IMG/VR virus record: IMGVR_UViG_3300020576_003530
Span: 32,001-96,000 of that record
Direction: 5' to 3' (one strand)
Length of the DNA stretch: 64,000 nucleotides
DNA from: a virus
Lineage: Duplodnaviria; Caudoviricetes
This document shows positions 17,565 to 26,604 of this stretch, piece by piece (the stretch's first letter is position 1; the number at the start of each line of letters is the position of its first letter). The notes under the pieces are model-generated. The model was not told where the DNA came from and ran no database searches. It saw only the letters and a program-made list of their open reading frames with translations. A program made the translations under genes and the position numbers.

Positions 17565-18008
17565 ATGTTTCAAGAAATTCCTGAAATTCATGTAAAAATT
17601 GTTAATCCCGATGCGATCATGCCAGCCAAGGCAGGTCCCAATGAATGTGGATATGATGTGACGGCTGCATCGGACCCCATTCTTACTGATACCTTGGTTG
17701 AGTACGATATTGGAATCCAAGTAGAGCCTCCGCCCGGTTTTTACTTTATTCTTGTTCCTCGTAGTAGTATTACCAAGTATGACTTGGTGTTTGCTCAAGG
17801 CGTTGGTATCATCGATCCCACCTATCGTGGCAATATCAAGATGCGATTTAAGCTGAATAAGCCGCAGGCCGAAGCCAAGTATTATGCTAAGGGTGAACGA
17901 GTTGGGCAACTTATTCTTATGCCTTACTTTAGTGCTCCTATCATTCAGAAAGAGACCCTTACTAATACTGCTCGTGGCGATGGCGGATTTGGTAGTACAG
18001 GAAAATAA
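17565..18008 (+). CDS. dut: trimeric dUTPase
   Basis: GYDV, PRSS, GIIDPTYRG, GERVGQL and RGDGGFGSTG. Confidence 0.96.
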   Translation: MFQEIPEIHVKIVNPDAIMPAKAGPNECGYDVTAASDPILTDTLVEYDIGIQVEPPPGFYFILVPRSSITKYDLVFAQGVGIIDPTYRGNIKMRFKLNKPQAEAKYYAKGERVGQLILMPYFSAPIIQKETLTNTARGDGGFGSTGK

Positions 18009-18010
18009 CG

Positions 18011-18223
18011 ATGATTATTCTATCTCTCATTTTATTAGGTATTGTGTTTGCAAACGCATACTTTCTTAATGAATACATCTCTCAGAGAGATAAACAGTCT
18101 AAAATAGAAAATATTTGTTGTTTGTTTGCCATCATTTCTTGCTTCCTAGCCGGTTTCTATTTGGCCAAAATAGTTTACGAGTTGCCTCCAGTAGATATAA
18201 AAATTCAAATCAATGAAAAATAA
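18011..18223 (+). CDS. small two-TM membrane protein
   Basis: Two hydrophobic segments. Confidence 0.5.
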   Translation: MIILSLILLGIVFANAYFLNEYISQRDKQSKIENICCLFAIISCFLAGFYLAKIVYELPPVDIKIQINEK

Positions 18224-18335
18224 GTTCTCGTATCTTGCCTACCTTCGTTCCGATCAGGCCATGCATATTGCAGGATTTTCCTGCGGTTTTCTCTTTGGTC
18301 TCGTACTATTCTTTCTTATTCTTACATTGATTTAA
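18213..18335 (+). CDS. 40-aa membrane peptide (not in the ORF track)
   Basis: MKNKFSYLAYLRSDQAMHIAGFSCGFLFGLVLFFLILTLI*, translated by hand. Confidence 0.4.
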   Translation: MKNKFSYLAYLRSDQAMHIAGFSCGFLFGLVLFFLILTLI

Positions 18336-18369
18336 ACTCCTATATCAGTGTATGTAATTCTACCTATCT

Positions 18370-20355
18370 ATGACAAATTTCTCATTATCGTTTCCAACAG
18401 CAGAGAACATCCTGTCCGAAGAGTTTCTATCTAAATATCGCGGTAAACAACCTGAATGGGGTTTCAATGGGCTCGGTTACATAGTTTATAAAAGAACCTA
18501 TGCTAGATTAAAAGAAGATGGTTTGACAGAAGAATGGAATGAAACAGTAGAACGCTGTATTAGAGGTGCTCAAAAAATTGGAGCCGGTTATACCGTAGAA
18601 GAAGCGGAAAGATTATATGATCACATGTTTAATCTACGTGGTAACATGGCTGGCCGTTTTTTGTGGCAACTTGGTACAATAACAGTAGATAAATTAGGTC
18701 TTCCTAGTCTTTGTAATTGTTGGTTTGTTACCATGCATGAGGCAGAGTCTTTCTGTTTCTTATTTGAGCATCTTATGTTGGGCGGCGGCGTTGGTTTTAG
18801 TGTTCAAAAAGAGCATATTTATCAACTGTCCAAAGTAAAGAAATTTTCAAAATCTATTCTTCATGAAAAAACTAAAGACGCTGATTTTATCGTTCCGGAT
18901 TCTCGCGAAGGATGGGTTGAGCTCCTAAGAAAAATTCTCCACTCTTACTTTGTAAGTGGTAAGGGTTTTACCTATTCAACTATTCTTGTTCGCGGAGCGG
19001 ATGAACCCATCAAGGGATTTGGAGGGACAGCAAGCGGTCCACAAATTCTCATCGATGGCATGAACAACATTTTAAACATATTCAATAGTCGTGGCGGCAA
19101 ACGTTTGCGTAGTATTGATGTTCTTGATATCTGTAATATTCTTGGCTCGATTGTAGTTGCCGGCAATGTACGACGTTCTGCTGAATTGGCTATTGGTGAT
19201 GCAGATGACAAATTGTATCTGCAAGCCAAAAACTGGTCAAAGGGAAATATTCCTAACTGGCGTGCTATGAGTAATAATAGCATCAACGCCGATGGCTATA
19301 ATTATCTTAGTAATGATTTTTGGTCAGGATATAGTGGCGACGGAGAACCTTATGGTATTACTAATATTCGACTTACCCAAAAATATGGGCGTTTAATAGA
19401 TGGACCTATGAAACATTCTGGTTTGTATCCTTTTAAAGAGGATCCTGCTGTCGGATTCAATCCTTGTGTTGAAGCTAATCTAGAATCCGGCGAACCATGT
19501 GATTTAGCCGAACTCTATCAAAATAGATTAAATAGTAAAGAAGAAATGTTAGATTGTGCTATTTTACTATATAAAGCACAAAAGGCAGCTCTCACTCTAC
19601 CGTCTATCTATCCGATTACTGAAACTATTGTACGTAAAAATATGCGTATTGGTCTTGGTGTTACTGGAATTTGTAACGACATCTCTAAGAGGGATTGGTT
19701 AGATTGGGTATATGTAGAGTTACGTAAATTTGATAAAGAATGGTCAAAACAACGTGGTTGGGCCGAAAGTATTAAAATGACCGTTATTAAACCAAGTGGT
19801 ACACTTAGTTTATTAGCTGGTTCATTTCCTGGCGGACATCCTGGTTATAGTGACTATTTTATTCGTCGAGTTAGAATGTCTTCGAAAGATAGATTAGTGG
19901 AAGTATGTCGTAATCTTGGATGTCCTATCGAATATCAAATTAATTTTGATGGTACAACCGATTATGCAACATCAATTGTAAGTTTTCCATGTACTGCTGG
20001 TGAAAATGCTCTTGTAGCGGATAACGTTTCTGCTGTTGATCAGTTAGAAATGATGAAGTATCTTCAGACTTATTGGGCAGATCAATCGGTATCAATTACG
20101 GTTTACTATAAAAAAGAAGAGTTGCCAGTCATTAAACAATGGTTAGAAGAAAATTACGAAACATCTGTTAAAGCGGTAAGTTTCTTACTTCATTCAGAGC
20201 ATGGTTTTAAACAAGCTCCTTATGAAAAAATCAGTAAAAATGAATACGAAAAAATGTGTAAGCACATGAAGCCAATTTCTTCTATGCACGCAGATGTTGG
20301 AGATCAACTGTTAGATTCCTCAGAATGTGTCAATGGGGCGTGTCCAGTAAGATAA
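18370..20355 (+). CDS. nrdJ: class II (adenosylcobalamin-dependent, RTPR-like) ribonucleotide reductase
   Basis: YKRTYAR, GRFLW, CNC, GGGVGF, VAGNVRRSA, NPCVE, KPSGT.S and C-terminal C..GACP. Confidence 0.93.
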   Translation: MTNFSLSFPTAENILSEEFLSKYRGKQPEWGFNGLGYIVYKRTYARLKEDGLTEEWNETVERCIRGAQKIGAGYTVEEAERLYDHMFNLRGNMAGRFLWQLGTITVDKLGLPSLCNCWFVTMHEAESFCFLFEHLMLGGGVGFSVQKEHIYQLSKVKKFSKSILHEKTKDADFIVPDSREGWVELLRKILHSYFVSGKGFTYSTILVRGADEPIKGFGGTASGPQILIDGMNNILNIFNSRGGKRLRSIDVLDICNILGSIVVAGNVRRSAELAIGDADDKLYLQAKNWSKGNIPNWRAMSNNSINADGYNYLSNDFWSGYSGDGEPYGITNIRLTQKYGRLIDGPMKHSGLYPFKEDPAVGFNPCVEANLESGEPCDLAELYQNRLNSKEEMLDCAILLYKAQKAALTLPSIYPITETIVRKNMRIGLGVTGICNDISKRDWLDWVYVELRKFDKEWSKQRGWAESIKMTVIKPSGTLSLLAGSFPGGHPGYSDYFIRRVRMSSKDRLVEVCRNLGCPIEYQINFDGTTDYATSIVSFPCTAGENALVADNVSAVDQLEMMKYLQTYWADQSVSITVYYKKEELPVIKQWLEENYETSVKAVSFLLHSEHGFKQAPYEKISKNEYEKMCKHMKPISSMHADVGDQLLDSSECVNGACPVR

Positions 20356-20381
20356 AATAAATGTAATTTTTTGTTTAGTCC

Positions 20382-20411
20382 AAGCCGATTAACCTCGGCT
20401 TTTTCTATTTT
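20382..20411 (+). terminator. intrinsic terminator after nrdJ
   Basis: AGCCGA-TTAACC-TCGGCT followed by TTTT. Confidence 0.7.
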
Positions 20412-20426
20412 GTAGGAATAGTTAAT

Positions 20427-20789
20427 ATGAAGATTGACAAACTAATCGAGTTGATGAATACTCCTATTGCATCATTAGGAGAATCACCCCTTATTCTTAA
20501 TTGTTTCAATCAATACTATTATAAACGTCATAATACAAGATCATATTCAGATCATAGGCCATACACAATTGTTTGTGGCTATGCTAAATATGATAAAACA
20601 ACAGACAAAACAACTGATATGAGTATTAAATACAACCCACATATTCACAATGTTTATGTTTTATACTCTATTTTATGGCATGAGCCGGATGAAATTCAAT
20701 CTCGATTTGATAGATTTATGAATAATGAATCTTCACTATTTTATGGTCTTTCCTATATTAAGACGGATCTAAAATTAAGGCTAGTATGA
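20427..20789 (+). CDS. 'MKI' paralog family member (subfamily 2)
   Basis: MKIDKLIELM...YTIVCGYA...GLSYI. Confidence 0.7.
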   Translation: MKIDKLIELMNTPIASLGESPLILNCFNQYYYKRHNTRSYSDHRPYTIVCGYAKYDKTTDKTTDMSIKYNPHIHNVYVLYSILWHEPDEIQSRFDRFMNNESSLFYGLSYIKTDLKLRLV

Positions 20790-21172
20790 AAATACAACAT
20801 CTAATCAATCACATACCTCCAATAAAAGGGTTCAATATATTGCCGATTAAAACACGACTCAAACTCGAAGACATCATAGTCTGTGCTGCATGGATTAATG
20901 GGGCGTTTGATTACTATGAACCTGACATATATGACATCGTATGTGGATACGGTCGCGTTATCTGGGAAAACGATCGACCATATTATATTGAGCGAGCCAG
21001 CACAAAATATTTCCCTAGTGCTAACCATTATCTTACCTACGATTCCTTCTGGTGTGATGAGCCTGATTTAAACGAACAGTTGCAAAATATGATTGATGAC
21101 AATGAATATATAAGTTTGGGTCTCTCCCCCATTCCCACTCAAACAATCAAGAGTATTCGATATGAAAATTGA
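20786..21172 (+). CDS. 'MKI' paralog family member (subfamily 2)
   Basis: MKIQHLINHI...YDIVCGYG...YFPSANHYLTY..FW...GLSPIP. Confidence 0.7.
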   Translation: MKIQHLINHIPPIKGFNILPIKTRLKLEDIIVCAAWINGAFDYYEPDIYDIVCGYGRVIWENDRPYYIERASTKYFPSANHYLTYDSFWCDEPDLNEQLQNMIDDNEYISLGLSPIPTQTIKSIRYEN

Positions 21173-21587
21173 TCAAATTATACAAACTCTAGGGCCAAGT
21201 AAATTTCCTATATTGAAGATTAAACACAAAATCGATCCTAATAAGCTTGATTTTTACGGTAGTTGGTACAAGGGAATTTGCGATAAAAACCAGTGGAAGA
21301 AAAACGATAACGATGGCGATGTCTTCTATTTCACAGTTTGTGGATATGCTCACGTGATCAAAGATGATGAGCAGTACGAAATTCTATCTGCCAACATCTC
21401 TTATTTTAAAGAAGCTAATGCCTATCTAACCTATTCTGCTTTTTGGACTGACACCGATTCCATGAGTGACCTTTGGAATAAGATCTCCACCAAACCCGTC
21501 GAGTTGTATTTGGGAGTTTCATACATTCCTGTTGGGTTTGAAAAAATTGTATACAAAAATAGTGATAAATTGATCTCAAGTTTTTAG
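21162..21587 (+). CDS. 'MKI' paralog family member (subfamily 2)
   Basis: MKIDQIIQTL...YFTVCGYA...YFKEANAYLTY..FW...GVSYIP. Confidence 0.7.
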   Translation: MKIDQIIQTLGPSKFPILKIKHKIDPNKLDFYGSWYKGICDKNQWKKNDNDGDVFYFTVCGYAHVIKDDEQYEILSANISYFKEANAYLTYSAFWTDTDSMSDLWNKISTKPVELYLGVSYIPVGFEKIVYKNSDKLISSF

Positions 21588-21595
21588 GATTTACT

Positions 21596-22039
21596 ATGAA
21601 ATTAATCATTGCTGGTTCTCGTGATGTAAAAGATATCAAAGTATTAGAAACAGCCATTGAGCGGGCTGGTCTTGATCCTGCCTCTATTAGTGAGGTTGTA
21701 AGTGGTAAGGCTCCCGGAGTGGATACGCTGGGAGAGATTTGGGCTAAACAGCATGGAATCACGGTCACCCCATTCCCTGCCCTCTGGGATGATCTCGAAG
21801 GCGTTCCTGCTAAGCAGATTAAAACTAATAGTTGGGGCAAGAAGTATAATATCAAGGCAGGTACAGAACGTAATCAGCAAATGGCCGACTACGCCGATGC
21901 TGCCCTAATCATTATTAAGGATGGATCATCAGGATCGACAGATATGCTCAAGAGGGCCAAAAAGGCCGATCTTACTATCTACTACTTTATGTATGAGCAG
22001 TTATTAATGGAGGAGGGCGATGATACCCTCACACTATGA
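21596..22039 (+). CDS. SLOG/YspA-like (DUF2493) protein
   Basis: IIAGSR, VVSG.A.GVD..GE.WA, AG..RN..MA.YAD and S.G..DM. Confidence 0.85.
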   Translation: MKLIIAGSRDVKDIKVLETAIERAGLDPASISEVVSGKAPGVDTLGEIWAKQHGITVTPFPALWDDLEGVPAKQIKTNSWGKKYNIKAGTERNQQMADYADAALIIIKDGSSGSTDMLKRAKKADLTIYYFMYEQLLMEEGDDTLTL

Positions 22040-22404
22040 AGATTGCCAAAATCGTTAGTAAAATTCAAAGGCCTGCGACCAATTTGCAATATCTAGCGAA
22101 TAATCAAGTCCGACTACAAAATTGCCCCGTAATTTTGGAGTACGATACGCCAATTGATTTTGATTTTTGGACACCCGCAACGCATTCCAATATTGAATAT
22201 AAGGATCGTATGACAGGCGTGTTTCAAATATACAATATGTTTTGTCACGAACCCGGCCTGTGGACCAGAGTCTCTTCAAAAACACAAGCGTTATGGATAA
22301 GTTGTTATAGTAGTGGTCACAACGATTATAGTCCAGACTACTTCTATATCCAGTTGGCAGATGTTACTCATGGTAATAAGTTAGTTAATCTATCCTATCG
22401 TTAA
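22036..22404 (+). CDS. 'MKI' paralog family member (subfamily 1)
   Basis: MKIAKIVSKI...NCPVIL...DRMTG...FYIQL.DV. Confidence 0.7.
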   Translation: MKIAKIVSKIQRPATNLQYLANNQVRLQNCPVILEYDTPIDFDFWTPATHSNIEYKDRMTGVFQIYNMFCHEPGLWTRVSSKTQALWISCYSSGHNDYSPDYFYIQLADVTHGNKLVNLSYR

Positions 22405-22420
22405 AAGGCGTACTCATACT

Positions 22421-22795
22421 ATGAGAATTGATAAAATCATCGATAAGTTAACACTACCAATCTTTGATGTAGTCTTTCTTCCTAATCATCAAATCCTTCT
22501 TCACAATTGTCCTGTTATTTTAGGTCATCATCCACCATTAGATTTTGCCTTTAGCGATCTTGAATGTCATAAAAAGATTAACTATACTGATCGCCTAACC
22601 GGGATGTATAAAATCTCGTTTTATTACTACCATCTCGGACATAGTTTGTGGCATACAACTGAGAGCTGGGATCCTCGTACGGTTTGGATTGCAGGATACC
22701 GTCGCGAAGACCAAGATACTTCCGATTTCTATATCCAACTGAAAGATGTTAATCTGGTTAATGAAGAACGTAAAATGTCATACTGTCTAGCCTAA
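22421..22795 (+). CDS. 'MKI' paralog family member (subfamily 1)
   Basis: MRIDKIIDKL...NCPVIL...DRLTG...FYIQL.DV. Confidence 0.7.
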   Translation: MRIDKIIDKLTLPIFDVVFLPNHQILLHNCPVILGHHPPLDFAFSDLECHKKINYTDRLTGMYKISFYYYHLGHSLWHTTESWDPRTVWIAGYRREDQDTSDFYIQLKDVNLVNEERKMSYCLA

Positions 22796-22863
22796 AAGTA
22801 CTCACCGTTCCTAAATCTATGATTTGCCCAGCCTAGTATCCCTCTTACTGTGTATAAAATGCT

Positions 22864-23577
22864 ATGAAGACTACCTTAAAATCCCTGATATTGAGTACTT
22901 TAATAGTCTCTGCCGTCTTTCTCTCGTCCTGTGCCGACATTAATCGTGTCCGTGGCGGCAATATCAAGGTAGAACAGACTAGTAAGATTGCCAATCCCGG
23001 CAGTCCTATTGATAAAAATCCGCCCAAAACCTATACTGTAGAAGTAGAGCAGCCGGATAATGCCAAGCAACCAGCAGAAATTCATATCCAGTTTGCTCCA
23101 GATGGCACCCCATCAGTCTTTGATGTGACGACTGGAACGACTCAAGATGTTGCCGGATTACTGTCCGCGGTTTCCAAGGTAAATCTGCTCAACCCATTAA
23201 TTTGGATTGGGGCGGGATTAATTGTTATGGGTGTTGTGTTAGCAGTTGTGATCAAAAAACCTACTTGGGGATTGTATGCAGGGGGAACGGGTGTAGGACT
23301 GATCGTGGGATCATACCTTCTTGCCCAGTATAGCGGAATCTTCCTAATTGTCGGTCTAATTGCAGTCCTCGCCTTTGTTGGCTTCTTTCTGTACGATCAC
23401 TTTGTATTACGGAGAGCTAATCTCGAGAATATTGATGTGGTTGATGAGCTTAAAAAGTATCTCGATCCCTCTGACTTAAATCGACTATTCCTCGATAAAG
23501 ATGCTACGGTTAAAAAGATGCAATCTAAAACTACTCAAAAGGTTGTCAAAACCGTCTTAGATAAAAAAGTAAAGTAA
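22864..23577 (+). CDS. lipoprotein with three C-terminal TM helices (possible lysis/envelope protein)
   Basis: Signal peptide II with lipobox LSSC, a beta-rich polar domain, three hydrophobic helices and a charged tail; GTGTATA upstream. Confidence 0.65.
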   Translation: MKTTLKSLILSTLIVSAVFLSSCADINRVRGGNIKVEQTSKIANPGSPIDKNPPKTYTVEVEQPDNAKQPAEIHIQFAPDGTPSVFDVTTGTTQDVAGLLSAVSKVNLLNPLIWIGAGLIVMGVVLAVVIKKPTWGLYAGGTGVGLIVGSYLLAQYSGIFLIVGLIAVLAFVGFFLYDHFVLRRANLENIDVVDELKKYLDPSDLNRLFLDKDATVKKMQSKTTQKVVKTVLDKKVK

Positions 23578-23619
23578 GATCGATAGGTTAAATCTACAAA
23601 TCACCTACCCGTTCCTCCC

Positions 23620-23811
23620 ATGAACAAACAAGAAACACTAGCTGTCGTTTTACGCTACTTGTTGAATTGCCGATCTAATCGCGAGCGATTAAATTTCTTT
23701 GCCGCTCTTCGCGAAGAGTACTGTATAAATTGCGGCGAACTTACCGGTGGTGATCAGTGCGGATGTCGTGATGAGTATGATTTTGAAGGACTTGACGAGC
23801 AGGCTAAATAG
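23620..23811 (+). CDS. small Cys-cluster protein
   Basis: YCINCG...QCGC. Confidence 0.55.
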   Translation: MNKQETLAVVLRYLLNCRSNRERLNFFAALREEYCINCGELTGGDQCGCRDEYDFEGLDEQAK

Positions 23812-23830
23812 ATTTCTCCCCATTCCTACT

Positions 23831-24133
23831 ATGATATATGAATTTAGACATCCAGATGGAAGATTAGTTGAAGAGTCCTTTCCAATCGGAACCTGTCCTG
23901 AAAGAATTATCGTTGATGGAGTTGTGTGCGAACGCCATTTTTCTGTACCGATTGTCCTCATGGAACCCAGTAAGCCTAAGACGATTGGTGCGTTGGCCGA
24001 TAAGAACGGACGAGAAAAAGAAAAGCGAGAAGGTAAGAAAGATGTCAAGCCTCGCAAGAAGATTGATATGAGTCTGGCTAAAATGACTGCTGCCCAGAAA
24101 GATCATTACATCAGAACAGGTGAAAAGAAATAA
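23831..24133 (+). CDS. FmdB-like zinc-ribbon-related protein
   Basis: M.YEF...CP...ER.FS; PKTIG.LADKN; YI.TG. Confidence 0.55.
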   Translation: MIYEFRHPDGRLVEESFPIGTCPERIIVDGVVCERHFSVPIVLMEPSKPKTIGALADKNGREKEKREGKKDVKPRKKIDMSLAKMTAAQKDHYIRTGEKK

Positions 24134-24134
24134 G

Positions 24135-24407
24135 ATGGACTGGAATAAGGACTTAGTCCTCACGCTTAAATGTCGTTCTTGCAATAAGAAATTGCTTAAT
24201 ATCCTGAAATATAAAGACACCGATCTTGAGACCAAGATTAAGGCAACCTGTCCATTTTGCGACGACGAATCGGTAGTTCATACTATTAAAGGGGCTGTCT
24301 ACCACGGTCCCATTACAGAGGAAGAATCAGTGAATCAGACCCAGATCTACGATATTGATATGGCAGATACTTCCGACATTATTACCTTCATCATGAGAAA
24401 GAAATAA
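24135..24407 (+). CDS. zinc-ribbon protein
   Basis: CRSC...CPFC. Confidence 0.65.
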   Translation: MDWNKDLVLTLKCRSCNKKLLNILKYKDTDLETKIKATCPFCDDESVVHTIKGAVYHGPITEEESVNQTQIYDIDMADTSDIITFIMRKK

Positions 24408-24414
24408 GCAAGAT

Positions 24415-24795
24415 ATGAAAGCACAGCCCGGCGATATTCATAAAATTAATGCAAGCGAAATTGATGTAAGTTCTAATGCGGCCCTCGGTCCTTATCATCG
24501 AACAATCATTGATGATCAAACTTATGCGGCCTCGCTGCCTAAAACTCTTGGCACTCAATTCTATATCAAGGTCAATCTGCAAAATTCGGCCTGGGATTTG
24601 TTCGATCCGTCCTTCATTAGTAAAGCGACCAATATGGGTCGGTCGTTTGGACGTCCGGACAGATTTCTTCAGGTTAATGAGACCATTTATGCTAACTATC
24701 TAAATTACCTCGAAAGTAAGAATAAGAGTCATCTGGCCAAAGTAAATCAGGCTATCAAGAATGGTGGGTATCGATTGATTAATACGGACCTGTAA
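24415..24795 (+). CDS. hypothetical protein
   Basis: ORF within the operon. Confidence 0.6.
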   Translation: MKAQPGDIHKINASEIDVSSNAALGPYHRTIIDDQTYAASLPKTLGTQFYIKVNLQNSAWDLFDPSFISKATNMGRSFGRPDRFLQVNETIYANYLNYLESKNKSHLAKVNQAIKNGGYRLINTDL

Positions 24796-24797
24796 AA

Positions 24798-25043
24798 ATG
24801 AATACCAAAGAGACCTTCCAAAAAATTATGGCCTCGCACGTAGGATTGGCGGCTAAAAACGATCAAGACCACATTAAAATTCCACTCAGCGATGTGCGTC
24901 ATTTAATCGATGTGGTATATGCCTCATATTATGAGGGAATCTTAGAGGGTCGTATGGATTCTCAGTCTCTTAATAGGGTTGAAAAAGACATTTATGCTTT
25001 AAGTGAAAAATATCCGAAAGGACTCTTTAATGAACGAAACTGA
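24798..25043 (+). CDS. hypothetical protein
   Basis: ORF within the operon. Confidence 0.55.
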   Translation: MNTKETFQKIMASHVGLAAKNDQDHIKIPLSDVRHLIDVVYASYYEGILEGRMDSQSLNRVEKDIYALSEKYPKGLFNERN

Positions 25044-25350
25044 TTATGATCTCAAACATGCAGAGGCTCCGCAACCAATCGAGGATATGGAAGAGCTGTG
25101 GGAGATTCTACATGGTTCAAACAAGAGATTTATATCTGTTCAGCATAATGAAGAGGGTGGTAAACACGATTGTACCTATCACTCTATTTTACTTCAACAT
25201 GTCAAAACCGGCAAATATTATGGTTTTGAATACGAGCAAAGTTACAACAACGGGTTTGATCCCGGTGACTGTATTACCTATCCCCTCACTCTAGATGAGG
25301 TCGAAGTCACGCCCGTTCAAACCTTTACTTGGAAGGTAAAGAAAGCCTAA
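25030..25350 (+). CDS. acidic hypothetical protein
   Basis: In-frame ATG overlapping the upstream gene. Confidence 0.55.
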   Translation: MNETDYDLKHAEAPQPIEDMEELWEILHGSNKRFISVQHNEEGGKHDCTYHSILLQHVKTGKYYGFEYEQSYNNGFDPGDCITYPLTLDEVEVTPVQTFTWKVKKA

Positions 25351-25366
25351 GTTCGAACTCTCCACT

Positions 25367-25777
25367 ATGCTATACATTGCTGCCAAAATGTCTGATGGGT
25401 TTTTTACTCACTTTCCCACAAATCACACTTCTCGCTGGTTAGAGTTAGATCAGCGAGACATTCAGGAAGTATGTCTAACCAAAGAATCTCAGCATCTTGA
25501 TCGGTTTGATCAGTACGAGGGAGTCCGGTTTGATGCCTGCGAAGGATGTCAAGGATTTGTGCTGATTAAAAAGATTGTGGCGGACTTCTTTGGTAATTGT
25601 GCCCATTTGGTCGGAATTGGCAAGATCATTCATAATAAGACTGTAATTCTCTACTACAATTCAGACTTACAAGGTATTGAATCGGAGCAACGCGAACTTG
25701 GAACCTGCAGCAACACCATTGTCAGAATCGGAACTCAGTCCATATATATCGATGATCGTGCCCGGTTTGAAGGTTGA
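25367..25777 (+). CDS. hypothetical protein
   Basis: ORF within the operon. Confidence 0.55.
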   Translation: MLYIAAKMSDGFFTHFPTNHTSRWLELDQRDIQEVCLTKESQHLDRFDQYEGVRFDACEGCQGFVLIKKIVADFFGNCAHLVGIGKIIHNKTVILYYNSDLQGIESEQRELGTCSNTIVRIGTQSIYIDDRARFEG

Positions 25778-26177
25778 TGCTAGTAATTACATTACTGAGA
25801 TATTTATACTGAGACAGGCCAAGGCTCGTAAGTCTAACATTCCTCCTATTCCCTTTTGGCAAAAGCAGTATAGTGAAGGGTATGAGAAGCTGACCGAGTC
25901 ATATGTATATGAATTGACTCAGGTCAAAAAGATGTTGAAAGTGTTCTGTCCAGAAGTCCTCGTTCGATACTTTCAAGGCAGTAAATGGCCGTCGCTTCGC
26001 TATCTAACGAAGGAAAATCTGGCCATCGTAGTTACCGATCTGTTTAAAGCCCAAATCAAATATATCGGGACTATTGAAGAAATTAAGAAGTCCGACTTGG
26101 AACGTCAGGTTAACAAGGTCGAGTATATTGAAATCGTTCGAGCAAAAGCAAACAATGCAATCGGAAAAGGGTTATAA
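25752..26177 (+). CDS. hypothetical protein
   Basis: ORF upstream of the dCMP deaminase. Confidence 0.55.
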   Translation: MIVPGLKVDASNYITEIFILRQAKARKSNIPPIPFWQKQYSEGYEKLTESYVYELTQVKKMLKVFCPEVLVRYFQGSKWPSLRYLTKENLAIVVTDLFKAQIKYIGTIEEIKKSDLERQVNKVEYIEIVRAKANNAIGKGL

Positions 26178-26604
26178 GCGAATTGGCTGGGATGAGTACT
26201 TTATGCGGATGGCATTTCTGGCTGCACAGCGTTCGCCCGACTCCCAAACGCAGCACGGCTGCGTGATTGTTGATGAGCAACATAGAGTTATCTCCACCGG
26301 CTATAATGGATTTCCCGCTGGCATGAGGGATGCCGAGCTACCAAATGTTCGTCCTGCCAAATACGCCTTCATTATTCACTCTGAGGTCAACGCGGTCATT
26401 TCTGCCAAACAGCCACTCAGTCAATGCAAGGCCTACATTACTGGTCCACCATGTAACGAATGTCTAAAAGTCCTCATTCAAGCTGGTATTCGCGAGATCA
26501 TTGTCGGTGATCGCGATCACATCAAGCCCGATAACTACGAAGCCGTCCAGTCCGTCCTGCTAGAGCATACAAATACTACAATTAGAAAGTTCACCTTTAC
26601 ATGA
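26155..26604 (+). CDS. dCMP deaminase (ComEB-like)
   Basis: WDEYFM..A..AAQRSPD, GYNG, HSEVNA and PC..C. Confidence 0.92.
   Translation: MQSEKGYKRIGWDEYFMRMAFLAAQRSPDSQTQHGCVIVDEQHRVISTGYNGFPAGMRDAELPNVRPAKYAFIIHSEVNAVISAKQPLSQCKAYITGPPCNECLKVLIQAGIREIIVGDRDHIKPDNYEAVQSVLLEHTNTTIRKFTFT

Noticed and set aside
20427-22795. Diversity-generating retroelement or integron cassette array behind the MKI paralogs
   Set aside because: I saw no reverse transcriptase, integrase, near-identical TR/VR pair or attC-like repeats; the paralogs are highly diverged and often overlap each other.
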